NCBI GenBank assembly: GCA_902492105.1
Contig: CABUKD010000001.1
Span: forward strand, 6,987 to 70,986
Origin: an uncultured Clostridium sp.
Lineage (GTDB): Bacteria; Bacillota; Clostridia; TANB77; CAG-508
Length of the DNA stretch: 64,000 nucleotides
Direction of reading: 5' to 3'
Shown piece by piece: positions 18,242-28,218 of this stretch (positions within the stretch are counted from its first letter, which is position 1; each line of letters opens with the position of its first letter). The notes under the pieces were generated by a model. That model was not told the DNA's origin. It saw nothing but the letters and a program-made list of their open reading frames with translations, and did no database searches. Position numbers and translations under genes: made by a program.

Positions 18242-19633
18242 TTACTTGCCTCTTCTCAAAATCCAACCTTTTTCTGCTTGAATTGGTAGAGGCATAAGCA
18301 CTGTTTGTCCAGCTTTTCCTGGGTTTACTGTTGATATTTCTTCTCTTGTTTCTGTGTCCCATAGTTTTTCAATTTGGAAAGGAACTGTTTCTATTTGGTT
18401 TGGTATTAATATTTCCATTTTGTCACCAACAGTTAATTTATTTCTAATTTCTACTAAACAAATTTGATTCTTATTACTAAATACTATTCCTTCTTTTACA
18501 TTGTTTTCTGTGTTTTTACTATTTTCTTTGTTTTCACTATTTTCGTTATTTTCTTCTTTTTTTTCTTGTTTTGTTATATTTTCTTGTTTTGTTATATTTT
18601 CTTTTTTTATCATGATTTCATCTTTTTTTATATTGTTTACTAATACTTTTCCCCCAAATTCATAATTTGGATTATATTGTTTTCCTTCATATTCTTGAGA
18701 GTCTTTGTTGTTTCTATCATTAAAATAAAAAGTGGTTAGCCCTCTTGTTTTTGTTTTTTCTAACTCTTTTAAATATTTTGTTGCATCATAATTTTTTGTG
18801 TCTTTCATATAATCATCAATAGCATTGCGATAAGCATTTACAACAGATGCTAAATAATATTCTGTTTTTAGTCTTCCTTCTATTTTTAAACTATCGATTC
18901 CCATTTCTATAATTTCTGGAATTTCTTTTATTAAACATAAATCTTTAGATGAAAAAATATAGGTACCTTTTTCGTCATATTCTACTGGCATTAAATTGCC
19001 TGGATTATTATGTTCTTCTACATAAACATTATATGCCCATCTACAACTTTGCGCACAATCTCCTAAGTTGGCACTTCTTCCTGCCAAAAAGTCACTTAAA
19101 AAACATCTTCCAGAATAGCCAAAACAAATGGCACCATGAACAAATATTTCTACTTCTAAGTCTTTTTCTTTGTTGTTCATAATTTCTCTTATTTGTTCCT
19201 TATTTAATTCTCTTCCTAGAATAACCCTAGATGCTCCATTTTTATGCCAAAAGTTAGCTGTATGGTAACTTACAATATTTGCTTGTGTACTAACATGAAT
19301 ACCCACATCTGGTGCATATTGTTTTAAAATTTCCATTACTCCACCATCAGAGGCAATAATGGCATCTACTTTTAAGTCATTTAACATTTTGGCTTGTTTT
19401 TTTATTTCTTCATAATAGCTATCCCAAGCATAAATATTAATAGCGGCATACACTTTTTTTCCAATGCTATGGGCATATTCAATTGTTTTTGCTAGTTCGT
19501 CATTATCTACTTCTGCTCTACTTCTTAAAGATAATGTTCCTGTTCCGCAATAAACAGCATCTGCTCCATATAGAAATGCTGTTTTTGCTTTTTCAAAGGA
19601 TCCTGCTGGTGCTAATAATTCTGGTTTTTTCAT
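18242..19633 (-). CDS. Peptidase U32 family protein (TrhP/YrrO-like) with low-complexity insertion.
   Basis: N-terminal MKKPELLAPAGS...AVYCG U32 signature and conserved cysteines. Internal ENITKQENITKQ and N/E/K-rich insert encoded by tandem DNA repeats at ~18500-18610. Confidence 0.8.
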   Translation of the reverse strand: MKKPELLAPAGSFEKAKTAFLYGADAVYCGTGTLSLRSRAEVDNDELAKTIEYAHSIGKKVYAAINIYAWDSYYEEIKKQAKMLNDLKVDAIIASDGGVMEILKQYAPDVGIHVSTQANIVSYHTANFWHKNGASRVILGRELNKEQIREIMNNKEKDLEVEIFVHGAICFGYSGRCFLSDFLAGRSANLGDCAQSCRWAYNVYVEEHNNPGNLMPVEYDEKGTYIFSSKDLCLIKEIPEIIEMGIDSLKIEGRLKTEYYLASVVNAYRNAIDDYMKDTKNYDATKYLKELEKTKTRGLTTFYFNDRNNKDSQEYEGKQYNPNYEFGGKVLVNNIKKDEIMIKKENITKQENITKQEKKEENNENSENKENSKNTENNVKEGIVFSNKNQICLVEIRNKLTVGDKMEILIPNQIETVPFQIEKLWDTETREEISTVNPGKAGQTVLMPLPIQAEKGWILRRGK

Positions 19634-19792
19634 TTTTTATTTTTATCTCCTTGTTTTACTTTTTATCAATTTTTTCATTTATTTTTGTTTTTCATTCTAT
19701 ACTTATTACTTTTTTCATCTCATTTTATGTTATATCATAATCCAATATTTTGAAACATTTTTATTTCTTTTCATTTTTCTAGTACTATTAAA

Positions 19793-20587
19793 TTAAAATC
19801 CTATTTCTCCATAATTCATTTCTTCTTTTTGAGAATCATCATATTGATATTGTTCTAATACTCTTTGTTGTAAGTCTGCTATTCTTTCTTTTTCTGCCAA
19901 GTTTAAATTTGGATAAACTGGCTCTAATATTCTAGCATAGATACATTTCTTTTTCTTATATAAACTAAAAATACCTTCTGGTTCTTCAAATTGGTAGAAA
20001 ATAGGGACAATAGGCACATTTGCTTCTACTGCTAATTGAAACGCACCTTTTTTGAATTCCCTTATTTTTTCGTAATAAGGCCACAATGCTCCTTCTGGAT
20101 AGAAATGTACTGTTTTCCCTTCTTTTAGAGCTTGCTTAATTTCTTGTTTCCATCTAACTTTTTGTGATTGTTTATTTGGAATTGGTACTGCATATAAAAG
20201 TCTTATTAAATGTCTAATAACTGGTATTTTAAAATTACTTGCTAAACTAGTAAAGTAAGTTCTGCAAGGGAAGTTTACTAATGCATTCATGGTACAATCC
20301 ATTGGATGTATATGATTAGAAATGGTAATTTTACCATCTTCCACTTTTCGTATATTTTCTTTATCTTCTATTCTAAAACCAAATAAAACTTTATTTAGTA
20401 TCCATACAATAGGTGCAAAAAGATGAAATACCAAATTAGAAAACAAATTAAAAATGTTATTTTGACAAATAAATTGGTAATTATCTTTTATTTCAAATTT
20501 TAGAGGCTCCCACATATGAAAAACTTGGGTATCCCCTTTTAAATCATCATATTTTACTTCTTTCATTCCCTCATTTTCCTTTTCCAT
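19793..20587 (-). CDS. Lysophospholipid/1-acyl-glycerol-3-phosphate acyltransferase family protein.
   Basis: HxxxxD acyltransferase motif (NHIHPMDC) and downstream FPEG-like region. Confidence 0.7.
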   Translation of the reverse strand: MEKENEGMKEVKYDDLKGDTQVFHMWEPLKFEIKDNYQFICQNNIFNLFSNLVFHLFAPIVWILNKVLFGFRIEDKENIRKVEDGKITISNHIHPMDCTMNALVNFPCRTYFTSLASNFKIPVIRHLIRLLYAVPIPNKQSQKVRWKQEIKQALKEGKTVHFYPEGALWPYYEKIREFKKGAFQLAVEANVPIVPIFYQFEEPEGIFSLYKKKKCIYARILEPVYPNLNLAEKERIADLQQRVLEQYQYDDSQKEEMNYGEIGF

Positions 20588-20628
20588 TTTATATTTTTTT
20601 CTTTTGCCCTTTTTCCTTCTTTTATTTT

Positions 20629-21759
20629 TTATTCACTTCGTTCTTCTATTTCCTCTTGAAACATTTCTTCCATCTTTTTCATGCTTTTTTCTATTTTAAA
20701 GTTTTCTGCAAATTTTGCATACTCTTTTTCTTGTTTTTTCTTTTCTTCTACATTATCTAGCCAATAATCAATTTTTTGCGTTAAATCTGTGCTATTTCCT
20801 GCTTCAAAAAGACTTCTTTCATCTAAAGCAAATTGTTTAGTTGCAGATTGGTCACTTTTAGCAATAACAGGCACTAATCCAGTAGCTATAGCTTCTATAC
20901 ATGAAATTGCTTCTATTTCTGCGTCTGAAGTGTGTACATATAAGTCAGTATAGCTTAGCAATTTCTTTAGTTCTTCTTTGGTATAAAATGCCATAATAGG
21001 TTTATTTTGTAGTGTTTCGCTTAATTTAGCATAATGCTTTTTCATTGGTCCATTACCTGCAAAAACAAGTTGTATTTTATCTGCATATTTAGATTGTTTA
21101 GCAGCTTCTATTAATAAATCTTGTCTCTTTTCACCAGATAGTCTTCCTACCATAGTAATGACAATTTTATCTTTTAACTCTTCTGGTTTTTCTGATTTTT
21201 TATAAACCCAGTCTGATTCAATTCCATTAGAAATCACATGCATTTTGGCTGTGTAACCATGTTTGATTAATTCATCTGCAATTAGCTTACTAGGACAATG
21301 AATATGATGAAATCTATTAAAAAATTTATCTCTAAATAAAAAATAAATTTGATCATTAATTTTAGTTTGTTTGCCTAGACCAATAGAATAAGTAATATTT
21401 TCTGGCTGTACATGGAACGCAGTAGTTCTTGGTTTATTTAGTTCTTCACATATCTTAAGTCCTTTACTAGATAATAAAAAAGGCATATAAAAATGTACTA
21501 CTTCTGCCCATTCTATTGCTTTTCTTAACTTTTCTTCATCTGGCTTAGCAAATTCCATTCCTTGTGATTTTACAATCCTATTAGCAATAGGTGGTAATTT
21601 GAATTCTTTTACTGCATATTTATCCTTTTCTTCTTTGCCTGTACTAATAACTCTTACTTCATTTCCGTCTTTTCTTAAGTTTTCTACAAATCTTCTTGCT
21701 GAAATGGTAGTTCCATTATTTGCTCCATCATACTGGTCTATTACAACTAGTATTTTCAT
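20629..21759 (-). CDS. GT4 (GT-B) glycosyltransferase, likely a diacylglycerol or glycolipid glycosyltransferase.
   Basis: C-terminal EAIATGLVPV E-x7-E-like GT4 motif. It lies next to an acyltransferase gene. Confidence 0.7.
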   Translation of the reverse strand: MKILVVIDQYDGANNGTTISARRFVENLRKDGNEVRVISTGKEEKDKYAVKEFKLPPIANRIVKSQGMEFAKPDEEKLRKAIEWAEVVHFYMPFLLSSKGLKICEELNKPRTTAFHVQPENITYSIGLGKQTKINDQIYFLFRDKFFNRFHHIHCPSKLIADELIKHGYTAKMHVISNGIESDWVYKKSEKPEELKDKIVITMVGRLSGEKRQDLLIEAAKQSKYADKIQLVFAGNGPMKKHYAKLSETLQNKPIMAFYTKEELKKLLSYTDLYVHTSDAEIEAISCIEAIATGLVPVIAKSDQSATKQFALDERSLFEAGNSTDLTQKIDYWLDNVEEKKKQEKEYAKFAENFKIEKSMKKMEEMFQEEIEERSE

Positions 21760-21887
21760 TTTATTTTCAATTCCTTTCCATAACTATATTTCGTAAGGCT
21801 TTCACTTATGTAAAAAGTTTTGTAGTTTTGTTTTCTATAAAATTATATCATATTTTTATTATTTTGACTACTATTTTTTCAGGAGTT

Positions 21888-21989
21888 GTGTCAATGGGGA
21901 CGGAGAATTTTGACAACTTTTAAAAAAAATATTTATTTTTGTTAAATCTTAATTCAAAAGTTGTCAAAATTCTCCGTCCCCATTGACAC
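21888..21989. repeat. Perfect 34-bp inverted repeat (GTGTCAATGGGGACGGAGAATTTTGACAACTTTT ... reverse complement) with 34-nt AT-rich spacer.
   Basis: Arms at 21888-21921 and 21956-21989. It sits in the divergent intergenic region between the GT4 gene and a membrane-protein gene. It contains the same GGGACGG core as the other repeat loci, plus TTGACA boxes. Confidence 0.8.
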
Positions 21990-22085
21990 TTTCTTAAGAC
22001 TCTCTTAAGAAGTAAAGTTATATATTTACTTTTTTTTCATAATTTGATAAGATATGTTCTAGAAAAAAAATGAGGGTGTTTATAT

Positions 22086-22724
22086 ATGTTAGATTCTATA
22101 GGTAATAAAAATTTAAATAGTGAAAGTTTAAAAAATGAAGAAGTATTAGATAATATGATAGTAACAGATCCAACTGAAATTTCTAAAAACAAAAAAAAGC
22201 TTAAATTAAATAGAATTCAGCTTTTTACCTTATACTTTTTCTTATTTGCCTTTATTGGTTGGCTAATGGAAACTGTATATGCTATTTTTACTTTAGGGCA
22301 TTTTGTAAAAAGAGGTTTTCTATTTGGTCCTATTTGTCCTATTTATGGCTATGGTGCTTTAATGCTTATTTATTTTTTAGGTAGATATAGAAAAAATAAT
22401 TTGAAGTTATTCTTTTATGCTGCTATTCTTTTTTCTGCTTTTGAGTATGTAACAAGTTATGTGTTAGATGCGCTTTTTGGTATGCATTGGTGGGATTATT
22501 CTAATGATTACTTTAATTTAAATGGTCGTATTACTCTTTCTTTTTCTATTGCTTGGGGCATTATTGCTATTTTATTTGTTAACCATGTATATCCGTTCTT
22601 TAAAAAGAAATTAAATATTATATTAGCCAAAATTTCTTACAAAGTAAAAACTTGCATAATTTATATACTTTCCTCTGTTTTTGTAATTGATACCATTGCT
22701 TCTTGTATTAAGTATTTATTATAG
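22086..22724 (+). CDS. Integral membrane protein, possibly of the putative ABC-transporter type IV (CmpB-like) family.
   Basis: LFGPICPIYGYGALML ... HWWDYS motifs. About 6 TM segments. Confidence 0.45.
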   Translation: MLDSIGNKNLNSESLKNEEVLDNMIVTDPTEISKNKKKLKLNRIQLFTLYFFLFAFIGWLMETVYAIFTLGHFVKRGFLFGPICPIYGYGALMLIYFLGRYRKNNLKLFFYAAILFSAFEYVTSYVLDALFGMHWWDYSNDYFNLNGRITLSFSIAWGIIAILFVNHVYPFFKKKLNIILAKISYKVKTCIIYILSSVFVIDTIASCIKYLL

Positions 22725-22857
22725 ATTTTTTCATACTTTCTATAAATATGTTTTATTGCTTTTTTCATCAATATTTTTTGCTTATTCCTTTTTGACTTTT
22801 ATGTTAACATATGCTATACTATAACTATTCTTTATTTTATTTAGGAGGATTAGAAAG

Positions 22858-23583
22858 ATGGTATCTATTCGGGGAACTCGCATCCTAAAAGATGGTGGTG
22901 TTTCTATTTCTACTTATGAACGCACTGTAGAATCTCGGTATGATGGAAAACAAATTATTACTTATTTTACAGAGCATCAGAAAACAGGCTCATACTGCTT
23001 TAACATTTTTACATTTAAACATTGCCTAATTCGTGTATTCTTATGTATTGCTTTAATAGTATTGTTAACCAATTTTACTGATTTAGAAACTACTTGGACA
23101 ACTACAACAAAGATTTATGCTTCTTTTTGTATGTATACTTTTGTAACACTTTTCCCTATTTGGTTATGTTCACAGTTCCATAATAGAAATAAATATCATG
23201 CTGCATTGCATATGGTTAAAAATGCGTATGAATCATTACAAAGAATTCCTACGGTAGAAGAATGTAAGAAGTTTTCTTTCTATGATAGAGATTGCACTTT
23301 AACAGTTTCTTTGATGCTTTTTGTTTGCTATATTTCTGGTTTTACTTTTTCTTTTATTCCTATAGATAACTCTACTCTGCTTTATCCCTTTTTATGTTTA
23401 TTGGTTATTTTGTTATTTGTAGTAGTAGTTTCAAAATGGAAATTAGATAAGTATCTATTAAGACCGTTTTTATCTAGACCAACAAATATTGAATTAACTG
23501 CTGTAATTGAGTGCCTTACTTTATTAGAAGGACCTCGTACCAAAACCATTTTTTATACGATTCCTTCTTCCTTTGATAATTAA
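22858..23583 (+). CDS. Hypothetical membrane protein.
   Basis: 241 aa with several hydrophobic segments. No motif recognised. Confidence 0.4.
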   Translation: MVSIRGTRILKDGGVSISTYERTVESRYDGKQIITYFTEHQKTGSYCFNIFTFKHCLIRVFLCIALIVLLTNFTDLETTWTTTTKIYASFCMYTFVTLFPIWLCSQFHNRNKYHAALHMVKNAYESLQRIPTVEECKKFSFYDRDCTLTVSLMLFVCYISGFTFSFIPIDNSTLLYPFLCLLVILLFVVVVSKWKLDKYLLRPFLSRPTNIELTAVIECLTLLEGPRTKTIFYTIPSSFDN

Positions 23584-23596
23584 AAAGGAGTCTAAA

Positions 23597-23643
23597 ACAG
23601 CAGTCTGAAGCAGTAATTACTACTTCAGGCTGCTGTTTTTTTA
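23597..23643. terminator. Bidirectional rho-independent terminator between convergent genes.
   Basis: 14-bp stem ACAGCAGTCTGAAG / CTTCAGGCTGCTGT followed by a T7 run. Confidence 0.7.
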
Positions 23644-23672
23644 TGTTACTTTTTATTTGTTTTCCCACTTTT

Positions 23673-24263
23673 TTATTTTATAATTTTTGAAATTGCAAGG
23701 CCATCTCCTACTTCTAATATCTGTGTTTCAAGATTTGGATTTTGTGTAATTTCTGCAATATATTCTCGTAAATTTCTTACTGCAGTACGTTGTTTATGTT
23801 TATTATAGTCACTCATTACATATCCTTTATACAAGACATTATCTGCAATAATAGTTCCACCTGTTTTTATCATTCTTAAAGCCTCTTGCAAAAAGAAAGG
23901 GTATTTTCCTTTTGCAGCATCTATAAACACCACATCATATTGTTCTTGTAAAGTAGGTAATATTTCTACTGCATCCCCTTCATAGATTTGGATTTTATCT
24001 TCCACTTCTACTTTTTTGATATTTTCTCTTGCTTCAGATGCTCTAGCAGAATCTCGTTCAATAGTATCTATTTTTCCATCATTTGCTAAATAGCTTGAAA
24101 AGCAGATGGCTGAATAGCCAACTGCCGTTCCTATTTCTAAAATTCTTTTCGGTTTTATTTTACTTAAAATATTTGCCACTACTTCTAGAGTGTCATCCAT
24201 AATAATAGGAATATGTTCTTCTAAAGCTTTTTGCTTTATTTTTTCTAGTTCTATTACATTCAT
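23673..24263 (-). CDS. Class I SAM-dependent O-methyltransferase (TrmR/YrrM-like, caffeoyl-CoA OMT family).
   Basis: EIGTAVGYSAICF SAM-binding motif. About 196 aa, typical of family 3 O-MTases. Confidence 0.75.
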   Translation of the reverse strand: MNVIELEKIKQKALEEHIPIIMDDTLEVVANILSKIKPKRILEIGTAVGYSAICFSSYLANDGKIDTIERDSARASEARENIKKVEVEDKIQIYEGDAVEILPTLQEQYDVVFIDAAKGKYPFFLQEALRMIKTGGTIIADNVLYKGYVMSDYNKHKQRTAVRNLREYIAEITQNPNLETQILEVGDGLAISKIIK

Positions 24264-24359
24264 GTGTATTTGTTCACTTTCTTATTTTTTATTTTATGTC
24301 TGTTTCTTACTTTTCTACTATTTTATTTAGTTTTTTATAATTACACATTTATTTCTTTT

Positions 24360-24743
24360 TTATCTTTCTTCATCTTCCTTTGTTTTTTGTGTTATTGGTA
24401 TAGTAGTCCAAGGAGATTTGTTATGATTTTCTCTATAATCATTTTCTACCCATGTTTTAAAATATGGAGAATATCGTTTAAATTCTGGCATTTTGCTCAA
24501 AGCAAAGATAACTTCAAGCTTAGATTTTCCTTGTTCTTTCATTTGTTTAATAACTTCATGTATCTGTTGCCTTAATTTTGCATCTTGAAGCACTAATGCT
24601 TCTTTAAAAGATTTTTGCCTTTTTCTTTTATCTTCTTGGTCTGCACAAATCTGTACATTCCATCCGCTTCTTTTTGTAGATGAATGTACCTGTTTTTTTA
24701 TCCATTGATTCGTATGTTCATTATCTTCAAAAGCTTTTGCCAT
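24360..24743 (-). CDS. Conserved hypothetical protein.
   Basis: 127 aa, basic. No motif confidently recognised. Confidence 0.4.
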   Translation of the reverse strand: MAKAFEDNEHTNQWIKKQVHSSTKRSGWNVQICADQEDKRKRQKSFKEALVLQDAKLRQQIHEVIKQMKEQGKSKLEVIFALSKMPEFKRYSPYFKTWVENDYRENHNKSPWTTIPITQKTKEDEER

Positions 24744-24778
24744 TTACTCTTAACACTCTCCTTTCTTATTTAAATTTA

Positions 24779-26608
24779 TTACTCAGTAGTAGCTCTTCTT
24801 GCCATTCTTTCTCTTGTTTTGTTATCTAATATTTTCTTTCTTAAACGAATATTTTTTGGAGTTACTTCTACAAGTTCATCTTCTGCAATAAATTCTATTG
24901 CTTTTTCTAATGACATTTGAATTGGTGGTACTAAGCGAAGTGCATCATCTGAACCAGAAGCTCTTGTATTTGTTAAATGTTTTTCTTTACATACATTAAT
25001 AGAAATATCTTCATTTCTAGAATTGATTCCAACAATCATTCCTTCATATACTTCTACACCTGGACCTATTAAAAGTTCTCCTCTTTCTTGTGCATTATAT
25101 AATCCATAAGTAATAGAAGTTCCTTGTTCAAAAGCTACTAATACACCTCTTGTTCTAGATTGAATTTCTCCTTTATATGGTTCATAGGAATCGAAAATAC
25201 TATTCATAGTACCTTCACCTTTGGTATCTGTTAAAAATTCGGTACGATAGCCTATTAATCCTCTTGCAGGTATTTTAAACTCTACTTTTGTATGTCCTAC
25301 TTCTGCAGGTTCCATATTAATCATTTCTGCTTTTCTTCTGCCTAGTTTTTCAATAACATTGCCAATGCAATCATCTGGTACATTTACTACTAATCTTTCC
25401 ATTGGCTCACATTTTACACCATCTATTTCTTTAAAAATAACCTTTGGACGAGAAACTAAAAGTTCAAAACCTTCTCTTCTCATTGTTTCAATTAAAATAG
25501 ATAAGTGTAATTCTCCACGTCCAGAAACTTCAAAACTATCTGGAGTATCGGTTTCTTTTACACGTAAACTTACATTTCTTTCTAGTTCTTTAAATAATCT
25601 GTCTCTAATATGTCTAGATGTAACAAACTGTCCTTCTCTACCTGCAAATGGTCCATTATTTACACTAAATGTCATAGATACAGTAGGCTCATCTATATCC
25701 ACAAATTCTATTTTTTCTGGATTGTTTGGATCACAAACAGTTTCACCTATATTAATATCAGAAATACCAGAAATACAAACAATATCTCCTGCTCCTACTT
25801 CTTCTACTTCTACTCTTTTTAGTCCTTGATAAGTAAATAATTTTGCTATTTTTCCTTGTACAATTTTATCGTCTTTTTTACAAACTGCTACATTCATGCC
25901 AGAAGTAATTTTTCCACGTTCAATTCTACCAATGGCAATCCTTCCTAAATAATCATCATAATCAATATTAGAAACTAATAATTGCATGGTTCCATCCATA
26001 TCACATTTTGGTGGCTGAATGGTGTTAATAATCGTATCAAAAATACAAGTTACATTATCGCTTTCTTCTTCTAAGTTCATTTTAGCAATTCCATTTTTAG
26101 CAGATGCATAAATAACTGGAAAATCTAGTTGGTCATCATTTGCATTTAGCTCAATAAATAGCTCTAGTACTTGGTCTACTACTTTTAATGGATTTGCACC
26201 TGGTCTATCTATTTTATTAATAACAACAATTGGTTTTAAATTTAAGGCTAGCGATTTTTTTAATACTTCTCTGGTTTGAGGCATTGGTCCTTCAAAAGCA
26301 TCAACTAATAAAAGAACACCATCTACCATTTTAAGTACACGTTCTACTTCTCCACCAAAGTCTGCGTGACCTGGTGTATCTACAATATTAATTTTAATGC
26401 CATTATACATAACAGAGGTATTTTTAGAAAGAATGGTAATTCCTCTTTCTTTTTCAATATCTCCTGAGTCCATAATTCGTTCAGATACTTGTTCATTTTC
26501 TCTAAATACATGACTTTGTTTTAATAGTGCATCTACTAGTGTTGTTTTTCCATGGTCAACGTGTGCAATAATTGCTATGTTTCTAATGTTTTGATTATTC
26601 ATTTTCAT
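24779..26608 (-). CDS. typA: Translational GTPase TypA/BipA.
   Basis: AIIAHVDHGKTTL, DTPGHADF and NKIDR G-motifs. About 609 aa. Confidence 0.95.
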   Translation of the reverse strand: MKMNNQNIRNIAIIAHVDHGKTTLVDALLKQSHVFRENEQVSERIMDSGDIEKERGITILSKNTSVMYNGIKINIVDTPGHADFGGEVERVLKMVDGVLLLVDAFEGPMPQTREVLKKSLALNLKPIVVINKIDRPGANPLKVVDQVLELFIELNANDDQLDFPVIYASAKNGIAKMNLEEESDNVTCIFDTIINTIQPPKCDMDGTMQLLVSNIDYDDYLGRIAIGRIERGKITSGMNVAVCKKDDKIVQGKIAKLFTYQGLKRVEVEEVGAGDIVCISGISDINIGETVCDPNNPEKIEFVDIDEPTVSMTFSVNNGPFAGREGQFVTSRHIRDRLFKELERNVSLRVKETDTPDSFEVSGRGELHLSILIETMRREGFELLVSRPKVIFKEIDGVKCEPMERLVVNVPDDCIGNVIEKLGRRKAEMINMEPAEVGHTKVEFKIPARGLIGYRTEFLTDTKGEGTMNSIFDSYEPYKGEIQSRTRGVLVAFEQGTSITYGLYNAQERGELLIGPGVEVYEGMIVGINSRNEDISINVCKEKHLTNTRASGSDDALRLVPPIQMSLEKAIEFIAEDELVEVTPKNIRLRKKILDNKTRERMARRATTE

Positions 26609-26759
26609 TACCCCTTGTTTCTATTTTATTATACTATTTACTGCAAAAAATATAGTGAAAAGTTAAATAGTCACTATATTTTTTATCTTGATGATAATTT
26701 TATAAGTTATCATTTTTTTGAAATTTGGTATTCTATTAATTTAACATTATAATTATACT

Positions 26760-27347
26760 CTATATTTTTTCCTTTGTCAACATAATAATATTGTCCATAA
26801 TCTCTTTACTTACCTTATCTAATAACTCTTTTTCTGGTTTGTTCGTTTGATATTTGCTAAAATCTAAAGGTTTTCCATAATTTAATTTTACTTTATGAAA
26901 TGGCTTCATTTCTCCTTGTATTCCTACTGGTATAACAGGTACTCCTGTTCTCAGAGCTAAAAAGGCAGCTCCATTTTGGGCTTTTCCATTTTTTTCTAGT
27001 CCATGTCTTGTACCTTCTGGAAATAGCATTAGAATCTGTCCTTCTTTTAGAATTTTTAAAGAAAACTTCATAGATTCTATATCCATTTTTCCTCTTTTTA
27101 CAGGAAATACTGCACATTTTTTAGCAAACCACCTAATAAAATTGTTTTTAAATAGTTCTTCTTTTGCCATAATATAAAGTACCCTTTTGGTAGAAGCTAC
27201 TAGAATTGGTGGATCCCAGTTGGATTGATGATTAGCACACATGATGTAGGCACCTTCTTTTTTGATATTTTCTTCTCCTACTTTTTTTACTCTAAATACA
27301 ATTTTGCAAAAGATATTAATTAAAAATTTAACAATTGGTCTTATCAT
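26760..27347 (-). CDS. plsC: 1-acyl-sn-glycerol-3-phosphate acyltransferase.
   Basis: CANHQSNWDP (HxxxxD) and FPEGTR motifs. Confidence 0.85.
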   Translation of the reverse strand: MIRPIVKFLINIFCKIVFRVKKVGEENIKKEGAYIMCANHQSNWDPPILVASTKRVLYIMAKEELFKNNFIRWFAKKCAVFPVKRGKMDIESMKFSLKILKEGQILMLFPEGTRHGLEKNGKAQNGAAFLALRTGVPVIPVGIQGEMKPFHKVKLNYGKPLDFSKYQTNKPEKELLDKVSKEIMDNIIMLTKEKI

Positions 27348-27548
27348 TTATTTTTTTATCGAGATAGTTTCTTCTCGACTGACTCCTTTTTCTTAATTTT
27401 TTAGATTATATCATAGTAATTAATAATTTTGTAGTAGTATATTTAATTTTTTTAATTTTCTCAATTTATATTGTTATTTAATATTTTTATAAAAATCAAC
27501 TTAAAATTGTTGCTATCATAGCAAAATTATTACCAATATTTTTGACAT

Positions 27549-27608
27549 AAAATGGAACTTAGATATCTAATCTGCCATATAGCAAATCACATAACTAAGT
27601 TCCATTTT
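27549..27608 (-). terminator. 14-bp perfect inverted repeat with 32-nt loop downstream of the coiled-coil gene. Possible terminator or regulatory hairpin.
   Basis: AAAATGGAACTTAG ... CTAAGTTCCATTTT at 27549-27562 and 27595-27608. Confidence 0.4.
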
Positions 27609-27639
27609 CCTGTTATAGGGTATTATTTTGTGAAATACG

Positions 27640-28104
27640 TCAAGAATTTTCTTCGACTTTCATCTCCAAAGATGTAATACGTAAAGAATGATATTCTGTT
27701 ACTTCTTCTAATTTTTTAATTCTTCCTTCATCTCTGTCAAATCTGTCATCTTGCCAACTTGTTTTGTCAAATAGAGCCGGAATTCTGTTAGTAACAGCAT
27801 CTTCAATGATAATAAGGTATTTTTCTATGCTATCAATTCTGTTTTCATGATTTTCAATAATTTCTCTATTTTTCGCTATTTCTTTTCTATTTTCTTCTAT
27901 TGCTTTTTTGTTTTCTTCAATCGCTTTTCTATTCTTTGCTATCTCTTTTCTGTTTTCCTCAATTGCTTCTCTATTCTTTGCTATTTCTAGGGTGTTTTGA
28001 GCAATTAGTTCCGCATTTCTATCTACCTTTTCTGAAAGTCTTCCTAGCATTACTGCATTTTGCGTGACGATTTCTAGAATTTTTTCTTCCATCTCTTCTT
28101 TCAC
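27640..28104 (-). CDS. Coiled-coil repeat protein.
   Basis: Tandem 11-residue units (AIEENRKEIAKNR x about 4), encoded by ~33-bp DNA tandem repeats at ~27850-28010. Confidence 0.5.
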   Translation of the reverse strand: MKEEMEEKILEIVTQNAVMLGRLSEKVDRNAELIAQNTLEIAKNREAIEENRKEIAKNRKAIEENKKAIEENRKEIAKNREIIENHENRIDSIEKYLIIIEDAVTNRIPALFDKTSWQDDRFDRDEGRIKKLEEVTEYHSLRITSLEMKVEENS

Positions 28105-28218
28105 CTCCTATCCTATAAATAAAATTCACTAGTTATTTTTCTAGTGAATTTTATTATAGCATATAGAATAAAATATGAAAATAGTTTTTGTAAAATTTTA
28201 TAAAATAGTTAATTTTAG

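Noticed and set aside
18096-18362. 88-aa minus-strand ORF upstream of, and overlapping, the U32 peptidase gene.
   Set aside because: It spans the GC-rich repeat element, overlaps the U32 CDS out of frame, and has no protein-like features.
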